The notes below the pieces were generated by a model, which was not told the DNA's origin, did no database searches, and worked only from the letters and a program-made list of their open reading frames with translations. Positions 1 through 11,394 of a stretch of 64,000 bases of DNA are shown here, one piece after another. Position numbers and translations under genes: made by a program. The stretch is from Basidiobolus meristosporus CBS 931.73 (taxonomy: Eukaryota > Fungi > Basidiobolomycota): positions 43,440 to 107,439 of the forward strand of contig MCFE01000268.1 in the NCBI GenBank assembly GCA_002104905.1. The letters are read 5' to 3'. Every line of letters starts with the position of its first letter. Within the stretch, counting starts at the first letter, position 1.

Positions 1-510
1 AGGGTTCCCACCAAAGTTATGGAAACTGAGTGTTACAGCAGAAACACCTATTGCAGTGGAATTTAATGGAGCTACTTGTTGAGTGTGGAGTTGGGCTTAA
101 TGTTAGTGTAGGTTAAAGGGACTTGAATAGGTCAATACAACTGGCAATTGAGGTACAACTGAAGTTTCAATGGAAATAAATCAATTGGTATGCATGAAAA
201 GTAAGAGAAATGGTTGAGTCAGGAAGTAAGGAGTGTGAAAAAGAGGCAAAAGCCAATCAATGCACACAAACATAGGTGGTGATTGAGTGTCCAGGATCAG
301 AATGTGAGAAAATGGGCAGAGAACCAATCAAAAGCCACTTTTGTATTATTGTGATGAAAATTTTGACCAAGTTCTTTGTGAAATCTGGGGTGCAATTATT
401 TTTTGACAGTCTTTGCATAGTGTCCTGATGGGAACAATACCTCTTAGTCACAGGACTTAGAACTTGTGACAGCCTTTTGATGGGATCATCACAATAATTT
501 TTCATAGGGG
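1..510 (+). mobile_element. CMC/CACTA-family transposon, left-end fragment in inverted orientation (3' end of the accessory ORF reads on +; TIR at 492-510)
   Basis: Homologous by eye to the reverse complement of 36780-37300 and 24192-24700, and directly to 50520-51052. The reverse complement of 488-510 is CCCCTATGAAAAATTATTGTGAT, matching the family TIR. Confidence 0.75.
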
Positions 511-559
511 TAGTTAAACAGGCTATTAATACACAACTGGAATTGCTGATATCTGCTTA

Positions 560-1070
560 CAATACACTTGGTAGGATTCTGAGCAGGAGCTTTATGGATA
601 CTCTGATGCATATTAGGGACAAAATTCCTAAGACAGAAGATCTACCATATGATGCACCTTTCTTTACTGTAAAAGTAGAATTTCATGGTATTCAAGAAAG
701 CAGCATACAGTGACAGTTTCCATTACAGTGACTGAGTATGTGGCAGCCTGTGAGGCAAAAAAAGATGCGTGGCTTAGAAGGCTCTTTAAAAACTGATACT
801 TATGTTAGAAATATTCTACTACAGCATTTCAGGATAGTCAATAATGTTCACAGATAAGTAAAGATCCCACTTTTTATGCAAGAACTGTGAGCTCTGATAT
901 TCAAAATCATTGCCTATTGGAAGTCAAAAAAATAGCTTAGTTAGCTTAGCATTTTGTCCTTCTGACAAAATGCTTGCACACTATTTCATAACATCATTGG
1001 CTTAAGACCAGCTTGAGTATCCTTGATCTTGAATAGGACTAGTTATTATGAGCATATAGCTGAGTGGGAG
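560..1070 (+). mobile_element. Decayed Ty1/copia RT-RNase H 3' remnant with polypurine tract
   Basis: TTCAAGAAAGCAGC...GAGTATGTGGCAGCCTGTGAGGC matches the NSRKQ..EY.AACEA RNase H segment of the copia copies at 19900-20340 and 60000-60340. It ends in AGCTGAGTGGGAG|TGTTGT, the family PPT/LTR junction. Confidence 0.75.
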
Positions 1071-1290
1071 TGTTGTATATTTTGGTCTTGAAACCTGAAA
1101 ATTGACCACATATGGTCTCTTAGATTGTAGTATACAATTCTTAGCAAGCTCTGATCAAATTTCCAGTTGGTATTTATCTAGAGTATATTCACCTCAATAT
1201 TAGGTGCCCTGAGCATGAAAGAACTCAAAGTTGTTTAAACAGCTCTAAACATTAACTATGAGAAATCTCAAATTAGAGTTCATTGAATCT
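1071..1290 (+). repeat. Degenerate copia 3' LTR (partial)
   Basis: Begins TGTTGT directly after the PPT. Contains TGAGCATGAAAGAACTCAAAGTTGTTTAAACAGC, similar to CAGAACATGAAAATTCTCAAAGTTGTCCAAACAGC in the 15989 LTR. The right boundary is approximate. Confidence 0.55.
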
Positions 1291-1329
1291 TTAGCTTGAG
1301 TTCAGCTGTTTTTCTGATGGTAATTTGCT

Positions 1330-2000
1330 AGTATTCAGCTGCTGTTTATGCTTCAGAGGTTCAGTTGCAATCTTTGGTGGGCCTCATGGGCAGCTGTTTA
1401 CCAAATTTGGTATGAAAGCTAGTTTGCCCAGTCTCCCCCTGGAAAGGATGTTGGCAATATGTAGGAAAGCTAGTTCTTAAGATACAAGGAGTTGTCACTT
1501 TTGTGAAAGTGGAAATCCATCTTAAAATAGGATGGTATTCTGCTGATCTTTTCAGTTTTTTTCTAAGGATTTGCATGCATGTTTTTGAGCTCTTCTCAAG
1601 CATATCAGATGTGTCCTTTCTGCCATAACTATGTAGAGGTATAGATAGTACTTATGCACTCAATAAAGCATTAAGTTAAAACCAAATTGACTACTTGCAT
1701 TCCTATTCACTTGTATATCTCCAAACTCTTTCAACACTTTGCAAGGCAAACATACATGATATGCTGAAGAAGGCCCCAACATATATATGCAGAGTTGAAG
1801 GCTTTTTGGATAACTTGGAAATCCTAATAACCTCAATATGTGATATTTTGGTGAATATTATAAGTGCACCCTACCAGTAATCTGGTTAGAACTCTCTATA
1901 CTTTGAAGACTTTAATATAAATGAAGTAAGGGCAATATTTAGGCTTAACTTCAAAATCACATCAACATCTGTAGATTGTGCTCACTGCTTCTGAAAGTCA
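1330..2000 (-). mobile_element. Decayed Ty3/gypsy integrase remnant
   Basis: Minus-strand translation QILRKKLKRSAEYHP...ILRTS...TGQTSFHTKFGKQLPMRP resembles the gypsy integrase core (STAYHPQT...TG.TPF...YG..P). Multiple stops; boundaries approximate. Confidence 0.5.
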
Positions 2001-5000
2001 CTTCTGACGGATGCTTTTAGAGTACCATACTTTGCCAGTGCTCAACAGTAGAGTAAGCAAGTGAAATGTGCTACCTGTTGCTCTTCATGATACTGTTGCT
2101 ATCTAATGCAGTCATTTCATAGTATTTGTTCTTTCTCATAGATAAGACAGATATTGAACTATGTGAAGATAGCATAGAGGCACTGTGCCAACAGGTTCTT
2201 AGAAAGCTTGCAGCTAGCTCCATTCTTGCATTCCACAGCTCCTCATTGCCACCTAGATTACTTACATCCTGGAGGATATTGAATATCACATTGTATTTGG
2301 TGAGTGAATATCATCTAACTAACTGACTCTCCCAATAACTTAAAGAACCTATGAGACTCTTGTAATACGTTAGAGGCCCCAGGTTGTCACTCTTTCAAGT
2401 GTTTACTACTAAGTTATTTCTCTTTGTGGCTATTTTCCATATATATTGATACTTTTGACTTCAAAATTGTAACTTCGGATCACCTAAATGCCCCAAATTT
2501 GCTATACATCACCTCATGGCTATCCCAACATCAGTATTATTAGTATGGTGCATTCCATGATAGCAATTTCCGTATCAGTAAACTAGCAAGTGAGAACCCT
2601 GCGTTCTTTTAGATGCTGAATGGAATTATGTGACTTGCTTGGCTTTGAATAGTTGTTTGTTATTGAAAACCTGCGCTTCAACAGCTGATGAGCAATTTGT
2701 ATCAGTTGGGGGGGAACATGTGAGATCAGGAAGAATATAGTGTTTGAGATCTATAAAACATTGGGCTAAGCACATTGCGCCTGTATATAACACTAAGCAG
2801 CTAAACAATTCAGTTGAATATCAATATACTTCAACATTTTCGAGGCTCATTAATATATCGTGGGGACATTGAGACAGCATCAAAGAATGAGCATTGCCAT
2901 AAGCCATCCATTCCAAAAAGATCCCTTCTAAGAGTAAGTTATTCGCCATTGGATCGAGATTTGGCTTAACGAATAGAAGTCAGAGCTTATCTAGAGGTAA
3001 ATGACGTTAGAAAGAGGTCGACGTAAATTAGTAATTCCCTGCTAGAAAAGATGACGGATTGAATCGCATCACACAGCTCTAATATTGCATGCATTCATCT
3101 ACTAGATTCATGAGACATTTTCTCAATAGCATCTATGACTCGTTTCACATCCCCACCCCAATGAAGGTTATTCGATTCAGATCAGAAATTGATGTCCAGT
3201 ATGCCCGAAAGCAAGTACAGATATCGGACGGTTGCAGAATTCACGGATCCATTGCGAAAGAGCCATTTATTCGAGCACCGAAACCTCAAAGTGCTACAAC
3301 CGTGACTACGCTATTGCCAACGATTAATGCGCCATATGTATTGGCAAGTGCAGAAGAGATAACTAGGTTGTCTACGGTAAAGATAGAGTTGTTAGTATCA
3401 TATTTGATTGACAAGTGTTACACCACCGCTAAACACTCGAAGCGAACCAGTATTGCGGTCGTGTGAATGGCTCTACGGGCCAAGGATACTTTTTTAAGCG
3501 TCAACAACATCTAGTCGAGACTGGTCTGAGCTACGGAAGGAGGAGAAACTCATGCACACACTCTCTGATCAGACATATATAGGCCATTATTGCTGGGGAA
3601 CCTGATCAGTGGTACGAAACAACTCCGTCTCCAAGTAATAGATGTTCTTGGGTTAGGTATTGAGACATAACTCCCCGCTCCGGCTTAATGACTCTGCAGT
3701 TCTGATCCCATCAATCCATCCCGTGCTCCATCAGCAGTCATGTTCACGATGATCAAGAGGATACATCGAGCTACATGGGGACACCGAAGCATCTATGGAG
3801 CCTCAACAACTCTCGCCATTTGTTTACCATCTTGAGGTGGGAGAGGTCCATGGGTTTTGCGAGGAGAATCTGGACTGATTCTTGGTGAGATGCTGCTATA
3901 GATTAAAAATGTATATAGTTATATAGACTTCCGACCCCATTGAGTGGTGAGGAAGAGAGATCAGGATCTTGGTGTCCTCCAAGGTGGGCGAACGCTTGTG
4001 TCCCTATACCTGACTCTAACGAAGTGACAGACCTAACCTCCCAGCTGATACCTCATCTGTGGCATATATGAAGCCACCACCACTCACATCAGTTGCCCCT
4101 AATCCGCTTTGGATTATGGTTCCTCCGGTATGCCTGGGCACCGTATGCAACAAAAGTGCCACCTTTGAGTGCTATCAGGCCATACAATATCTCCAGTCAA
4201 AGATAATCCTTGGTTTGTTTATGATGATCCTATGCAATCGCCTTGCTGAGCTCATCTGGTGATCTAACCATCATGCTGCCTTTGAAGCCAAATAAACCAT
4301 ACAATTCTCGCGGATTGTATCGAACCTACGTTATTAGAGGTATTACTTCGGAATAGGACCAAGAAATACCTGTCTGCTGTTGGCTTGTTGAAATAGAAAG
4401 GCTAGCTGACGCTCCACAGCAGCACTGGTGGATCTATATTCAGGCCAATAATGCCCTGCTCTGGCCACCCTAACCCTGGCTATTCCAACTTTTGAACACA
4501 CGCATGATTGGTTTATCATCCTGGGTGAGAGATGCTTTTGCTATTCGTGGATGTGCCGTACCTTACAGCATGATCGGTACTGGCCTCACTCAGGATTGGT
4601 ATACATGATACATATGAGAACCTGGGGTTATGGCACCTGCTATCAAGCATAGCATTTCTCTATGTAGGCATCACCCACTCAGGGAACAACTCATAAGTCA
4701 GGCTGTACCTGGCTTGGTGGATGCACATCATGCTGAAGAATCCATCGTTTTCTTGGGCCTTGCACCATCTAGAGCTAATCCAGCATAAATCCGCTTGGCA
4801 CCTAGCTCCATACATACATACATGCAATCATTCCCAAATCAATGGTTTTAAAGTTGGGAAGTCAGCCCATCTGCACCTGAGTGGCCAATTATCAACAGCG
4901 AAACAAGTTGGCCCCATCTTATTTCCAAAATCATGCTAAACATAATGAACGATTGTCATCGTACAGCCAAGCCATGAAGATGGCGTGGAGTTCATCTAAT

Positions 5001-6627
5001 TGCAACAACCAACAATACACATTGATTTCATCGTGACCCAACGGAATGAGATCATCGTACAGCAATCTCTTATTTGGTCAGAACCGCAACCTCCTAAACT
5101 TCCAAATAATGCCAACGTCGGCGTGATTCGCAATGTATTACACAGGAAAATTCCTGATCTGAGGCAGCCGCTGTAGCACCATCGCCAAGAGAAAGCACCG
5201 GAATCACTCCAGGTATACCCTGCGAATACAAATGTACAATGCGCTCAGGACCCATGATTGAAACCATTTGGGAAACATTACAATAGGCGTTTGCTTATCG
5301 ACTGATCAAGTATGCCAACTGCTCCCAAGTATGGATATCATCTAAATTCCATGCCCAAAAGCGGTGTCCAGCATAATTAAATTGCGATCCAACATGCCTC
5401 CAGTGAACCTCTTGTCTGAAATATACATTAATTGGACCCCGATTCACCACTTGGTAGTAGCTGCGTCCCATTGGCCCAACCCTTCCACATGGACCTAGGA
5501 ACCATTGGATCAACTCTTTCGAACCATTTTCTGGTGACGAACAAACAAAGTCCCAATTACCCACAATCTGCCTCAGCCTGCAGATCAAGAGCAATGCGGT
5601 ACCCAGAGGCGATATTTGGGTGGAATCCAAAAGGGGCATTGGACATGGAAATTATTTTCTTGTGGGCATTCCCTGTAGAGTCAGCTGTCCTTAGGCTGGC
5701 AACCTGTCAACCCTGTACCTTGCAAAAGGATAAAGTGATTTACGAGTTTGACCATAGGATTCTGAGGCACCCTTATTCAATGAGATGGCATACCTCCTGA
5801 AGAAATGTGCTCCAACTCCATACTTGTTTTACACGACACAGGATTCCGATTGAGCCATTACACCTAGCCCCGTGGGCAGCTGGTTGGTTGGCTGCCATGT
5901 CAAAAGTAGGTTGAGAGGAAAATATTAGCAATGATGCCGTTGAATCTTACAACTGATCTCATTCGAGATTGCTCACCAAGCAAGCTGAGAGCGTTGCATT
6001 GTTCCCAGCACCATAATGTGGCAATAGCTTAGCAAATAAAGCGGTGACATCAAGAGGAGCGTCATCTACCCTGCTCCTGGATCAATTGATAGCTCAATCA
6101 TACCCTTTGCACATGGTAGAGATTGGATTCTCCCACATTATATGAGGGCTCATCAACGTTTATTAGACATGCTATTGAGTCAGTGAATAGGTTCGAGGAG
6201 CTCAGTAAAATGAGCAGGTTGCATGTTGACGAAATCCAATTCTAAAGCAAATTTCCTAGTGGATGGAATTTATGATATGGACAATCCTGTGTCCCCTGAG
6301 CCCCGTCTATCTTCCTAGATCGATTGGCTACTGCGTCAAATACTCCACCTGTGCATATCATATGTAGAGTGGCTCTTGAAGCTTATTTCAAGTGGCTCAT
6401 TCCTAATTGGGATACCAATCGTCCACCTTGCTAGTTGAATGGGATGGAAGCATGGAAGTCCTGCTATTGGTCGAATTAATATCCATTTCGGGAATGTTGG
6501 TGGTTTCCTTACATCCTATTCTATTTTCAGCTCCATATAAGCTTCTTATCCTCCAGCTCCTCCCACTTGGATTTCGCTTTCGTTCAATTCTCTTCTCTTG
6601 CATTTCCCTGTATATTCCACATACACG

Positions 6628-6837
6628 ATGGCGCTCACACCAAATTCCATCTCCCCAGTGGAGTCCGTGAATTCCAACAACCAGACAACACTATCACGAT
6701 GTAAGAAGCTTGTGCGCTTCAGTCGTTTCGAGAAGGTCTTTCTTACACACTCGGCTGACGAGTACGATCGCCGCTCAATATTCTCACCTCCACTTCCTGC
6801 TCAGCACACTCAGCTGTACCAAACACCCTGCTTTTGA
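6628..6837 (+). CDS. 69-aa small protein with an RVxF-PhiPhi-Arg type PP1-docking motif (KLVRFSRFEKVFLTHSADEYDRRS)
   Basis: ATG at 6628 follows a pyrimidine-rich leader and the TGA ends at 6837; the DNA retains CpG. The motif aligns with the neurabin/spinophilin PP1-binding segment [25 protein letters not shown] (recalled from knowledge, not searched). Confidence 0.6.
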   Translation: MALTPNSISPVESVNSNNQTTLSRCKKLVRFSRFEKVFLTHSADEYDRRSIFSPPLPAQHTQLYQTPCF

Positions 6838-7654
6838 AAACCATATTTCACTATTATTGCCGAGGGCCACCTACCAACAAACATGCTTATAACGACTTCC
6901 TGGAGCTTCCGTATAAGCTTTCCTTGCGCACCAAGGTCGATTATTAGAACCTCTACTTTGGAAAATCTCTGGTTCATTTTGTAAAGTACTAAGCGCGCCA
7001 TACACCCTAATATAGGCCTTTCTTGCCATCTCAACATAAATACCTACTACCACACTGTAAATCACAAATGTAAATAATCTAATAATACATGCAAACTACA
7101 TTAATTTACCACCTAAATCGTTCAGCTTAATCTTAACTTGATAAATCATGACAGTTAGACACCATGGGCTACCCCTGGGCAACCATTCAGGCTTACTCGT
7201 ATGTAGAAGCTTGTGACTAGCGAATAAATATACCCTTACAATCCAGCTGTAAGCGGTCCTTAGCGCAAGTGGATTGATTGGGCCGCAGATTTCAGGGGTT
7301 CTTGTTGGCTATTCGCCCCTCCTCCCCCAATGATAGCTCGAGTTGGCGGGCACAATGGTCGAGTGGAGTTCAAACAAAAATAATTGTAGTAAGTCATTGA
7401 TGGAGAGCAATATACGAGAATGGCAATGGGGGATGCCTCGTAGCGATTGGTCACAGCCAGCACGCTGGTGACCTTCGAAAAAAAAATCAACACGCAGTGC
7501 TGCAAATGGCCGGTGGTGTTTTTTATTCCGTATCGAGTATTTCGCGACTGCACAATCCTATAAATATCACGGTGGTCTCGCGCATCGAGGGATTGCTCAT
7601 ATTATCCCGCACCTGCCATTGTACACTATATACATCGCCCCACTAATCAATATT

Positions 7655-8665
7655 ATGGAAGTAGATTATAACCTCCCCCATACATCTTACAACAACAAGC
7701 GTCGCTATTTGCACGACGAGTATGTGATGTCGGAATACCACGACCAATATTCCATGCTTTCAAATTTCCTAGGCCAGCCACTGATGGAGGCTGAGTGTTC
7801 AGGGATATGGGTGCGTAATCTGAGCTTCAAGGCACTTCGGAACCTCAACCTAAGTTTGGAGAGTGGCTCGCGGTGTGTGTTATTGGGGGCCAACCCCGAG
7901 GAAAGAGAAACATTGCTGCGTATACTTGCAGGAAAGCATTTGGTGAAGCATGGGTCGGTCAAGGTGTTCGGGAAAGATGCGTTTGGTACGAACAGCAATG
8001 TAAGTGAGTCCATTATTGAATCGCCCAGCTTGTGGATGCTTATATTGCATTGGTTTTTCAGAGTGTGGCGTATCTAAATTCAGAATGGCTTTCCAATCCC
8101 CTGATCCAGAGAGACTTGCTTGTTGACGAGTTGATTCACTATTTGGGGGGAGACAGATACCCTGATCGACGGGATTTGCTGCTGAACTTAATGAATGTTA
8201 GTCGGCATTGGCACATGCACAAAATCTCGGCCTCCGAGCGTTTACGCGTTCAGATAGTACTACGCCTGTTGCAACCTTGGCAAGTGCTGCTCATAGATGA
8301 GGCGAGTTTGCCATTGGAGCAAGACACTCTTCAGCTGTTGCTAGAGGTAATAAGATGGGAGACTGAAGAAAGAGGAGCAATTGCGATATACAGCAGTACT
8401 CGCGTCCATGGTATGGCCCTTCAGATGCATTTACGGCCGTATTTGTGACTAATAATGATGGTTTGTAGGCTTGGTAAATTGGTGCACACACTTTATGCGA
8501 CTAGAGGATGGTCATGTGATGGAGTTTCATGATCGGGTATCCGCCATCAATATCACCAGTCGTCAAGTCTCCTGGCAGTATAAATCGCCCTTGATGAGAC
8601 TTTTGGATAGCGAACTCCAACACCAGGCTGGTGACAACGAGTACAAGAAACGATGCCGAGTGTAG
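7655..8665 (+). CDS. CAF16: CAF16-like soluble ABC-ATPase family protein, 3 exons (7655-7999, 8062-8410, 8469-8665), with degenerate catalytic motifs
   Basis: Introns GTAAGT..TTTCAG (8000-8061) and GTATGG..CTAAT..TTGTAG (8411-8468) join in frame. The protein has GSRCVLLGAN...LLRILAGKH, YLNSEW..NP, W.MHKIS..ER.RVQ, PWQVLLIDE, WETEER and GLVNWCTH, collinear with yeast Caf16. Confidence 0.8.
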
Positions 8666-9359
8666 TAGCGGGCGGTGGCTCGCTAGTCATGTATAGATAA
8701 AGTCCTCGACTGGTAGTTCACACGTATGCTGAATTAATCCGATCCCCTACCACCTATTTCCTTGTCCAAAAAAAAACCCTCTCCTGTTCCTATATATCTG
8801 CATTTACAATCCACAAAATCTAGACCTCAAGAATAAACCGCTTTTCTCCTTGCGCTCTATGCAAATGGAACTAGTTTGCTGGCAGCGGGATGGCATCCCT
8901 TATCCATTCCCATTACATATTTAGGAATAGATTATTCCAAACTGCTGATACGTGCCATCCTTGACATTGATATTCCAAAAATGGTAAATTCGTCTTGACC
9001 AGTCGAAGCTTTGTGAGTGCGGTTCTAGTGCTTGACTAAAGGCTAACTTGATGTAACTACGCTCAAATATACCCAAAATCAGCAAAGGTGGAGCTTCGTA
9101 TTTGCTACGAAAAAGGCAAGGAATGCACAAGCGTCGAAATAGAAATTCCGTGGTGTTCTGCTATGGTACTCTAAACACATGATAACCTTTGCGGTGTATC
9201 TCTTGACCCACTTAAAAGCGGTGCACAGCCTACTTGGGCATTATGCCTCATCGTTGTAAAAAACATTGTCCGTCTATTTTGTTCGTGTCATATTGAATGA
9301 TCATTCTTCTGCAACACTAGCGCCTATATTATAGCATATTCTCAGCCAGTTGAACTTTC

Positions 9360-10238
9360 ATGAATTCGGAGCATTATCTTCAACTACCAAAGCCCTTTAC
9401 CAACCTTAACGAAGCGTCACTCTCTGTACAGTCACCTATTGATCCACCGTATAAAGAGTTTAGTCACGAAGATACCTCCAGACCATCAAGCACGACTACT
9501 TTGTATACATCAAGACAAAGGGATCGTTTATCTTCAATGCCTTCCCTCCCAGTCAACACATTCAAGCCTGTGCCTGACAGCTGCCCTGGCCCTGCTTCGA
9601 ATATTCCTGGCATGAAAAAACCGGTGAGTAGACGGTTGCGAGCCTATAGCTTCAACGATTCAATACGCCAGTTTCACCCGGATAAGCTTCGTCGAAAGAA
9701 GGCGACTAGGAAAAGAGAGTCATATGTAATGCATGGCATAGATATTTTGAACAAGGACAATGTAGATAGCGAGGCGGTAATAGATCGCATGCAGCAACAA
9801 CGAGAGCAACATAACCGAGTTGAACGTCGTCGTCGAGATCTAATCAACTCTTCCATTGAGGAGTTGTCAGGAATGATTCCCCTGGCTCGGGATCATGGGG
9901 TCAAGTTTGCCCGTGGTAATGTGTTACGATTGACCATTGATTTTATCAAAGAGCTACAGCAAGAGGTTATGCTGCTCAAGTCGGAGAACGAGAATTTGCG
10001 AAGCTCTTTGGCGCATCATCAGAATCCCGTCAATTCTCTGCCAGTAATCATTGTCAACCAACCCGAAGACACTTTGGTTAGCGGTATACATGCAGCTAAT
10101 AGCTCAACCAGTTGTGAGAGTGACGTGAGGACACCAACCATCGGTCAGGAGCTATCTCTTGAGTCAAAGCATACATGCCACCCACCAACCTCCATCACTC
10201 AACTTCTGTCGCCAGCTCATTCACCCATCTTTCCCTAA
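9360..10238 (+). CDS. bHLH-leucine zipper transcription factor (USF/MITF/Cbf1-like, predicted E-box CACGTG binder), 292 aa
   Basis: Single open ORF. Basic region REQHNRVERRRRDLINSSIEELSGMIP has the H-E-R DNA-contact pattern, followed by helix 2 RGNVLRLTIDFIKELQ and a heptad LQQEVMLLKSENENL. Confidence 0.9.
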   Translation: MNSEHYLQLPKPFTNLNEASLSVQSPIDPPYKEFSHEDTSRPSSTTTLYTSRQRDRLSSMPSLPVNTFKPVPDSCPGPASNIPGMKKPVSRRLRAYSFNDSIRQFHPDKLRRKKATRKRESYVMHGIDILNKDNVDSEAVIDRMQQQREQHNRVERRRRDLINSSIEELSGMIPLARDHGVKFARGNVLRLTIDFIKELQQEVMLLKSENENLRSSLAHHQNPVNSLPVIIVNQPEDTLVSGIHAANSSTSCESDVRTPTIGQELSLESKHTCHPPTSITQLLSPAHSPIFP

Positions 10239-10872
10239 ATCCACGTCTGCAACCGCCGGAGATTGTGCTCATCGCCACAACACAGAACTATTCAGACTGG
10301 CTGCTTGGTAGCACCATTATGTAGTTTATGTGTTAGTGTGGATCGGTTGCCATCTCGATCGATCAGTTATATAGACAACCACTAAACGACAACATTATAC
10401 TTAAATGCCAATTTTATCGAATGAATGGTTCTAGCAATGCTGCAGACGACTCACACTCGAGCTACATTTTGAATACCATCTTTGGCCGGGAATTCATACC
10501 ATACCGGTATTTAGGTATGTCCCCAGTTGGGTTCATGATTTCCGAAATCTCCCGATTCCTATCAATATGTTCATGATAAACTATGGAAAGTTCTGTAAAC
10601 AGTTGAGTGTGGACCCGTGAAAGCAAAATAATTCCGGTATATACTGTTCGTGGAGTAATACCATGTGGTATGAATGATTGGGGGATAGTATACCGTGTCA
10701 ATGTATACTACTTGATAGTGTTTGAGAACAAGGGCCGTGGTTGCAATGGATGAGTAACATTTTATCACCTTGATAATCACACCAACCTTGATGATTACGC
10801 ATCGCTGAAAAAAATACACACTGGAAATATAAAGAGCATTCGCTTCGAGTTTAACTGGTATCTTACATTACC

Positions 10873-11394
10873 ATGTCTCTTAAAGCTGCTTACACCGAAG
10901 ACGCTCCCGCCGCTCTCGGCCCATACTGTAAGTTCATTACTGTTAATTTGACTGGTTCTCTTCTAACTGTTGAATCTGCTAGCCCAAGCTATTGTCGCCA
11001 ATGGCTTTGCTTTCGTCTCTGGTCAAATCCCCATGAATCCCAAGACCGGTGAGATCGTTGAGGGTGGCATCAAAGAGCAAACTGTATGTATACCACGTCA
11101 TAGGAAAGCCGTGAAGTTCTCGAACTCAACCTCCATGTTTCCCAATTTGTTATATAGCGTCAGTCTCTTGCCAACCTTGGTGCTGTTTTGAAGGCAGCTG
11201 GTAGTGATTTCAGCAAGGTTGTGAAGACCACCGTCTTCTTGAAGGACATGAACAACTTTGTCCCAATGAACGAGGTCTATGCCGAAATCTTCGGTGATGC
11301 CCGCCCTGCTAGAGCCGCTGTCGAAGTCGCCCGCCTTCCCAAGGATGTCATGGTCGAGATCGAGTGTGTCGCCGTTGCTGGTGCTCACTTGTAA
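10873..11394 (+). CDS. RIDA: RidA/YjgF/YER057c/UK114 reactive imine deaminase, 3 exons (10873-10927, 10983-11083, 11158-11394)
   Basis: Introns GTAAGT..CTAAC..CTAG (10928-10982) and GTATGT..TATAG (11084-11157) give [71 protein letters not shown], with the catalytic Arg (PAR) and Glu (EIE) present. Confidence 0.95.

Noticed and set aside
257-505. Recurrent small ORF MKNYCDDPIKRLSQVLSPVTK.. (also near 24200) as a separate gene
   Set aside because: It starts inside the CACTA TIR, runs antisense through the accessory gene's 3' region, and is not kept open between copies.
2934-3045. Plus-strand spliced gene using two canonical-looking introns
   Set aside because: Every phase combination I tried hits a stop within a few codons.
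2830-6400. rDNA, TnpB/Fanzor or thiamine-diphosphate enzyme interpretations
   Set aside because: I found no recognisable rRNA conserved blocks and no RuvC/zinc-finger motif set. The GDG-like and C-terminal-like pieces are ~900 nt apart and in broken frames. None of these is supportable.
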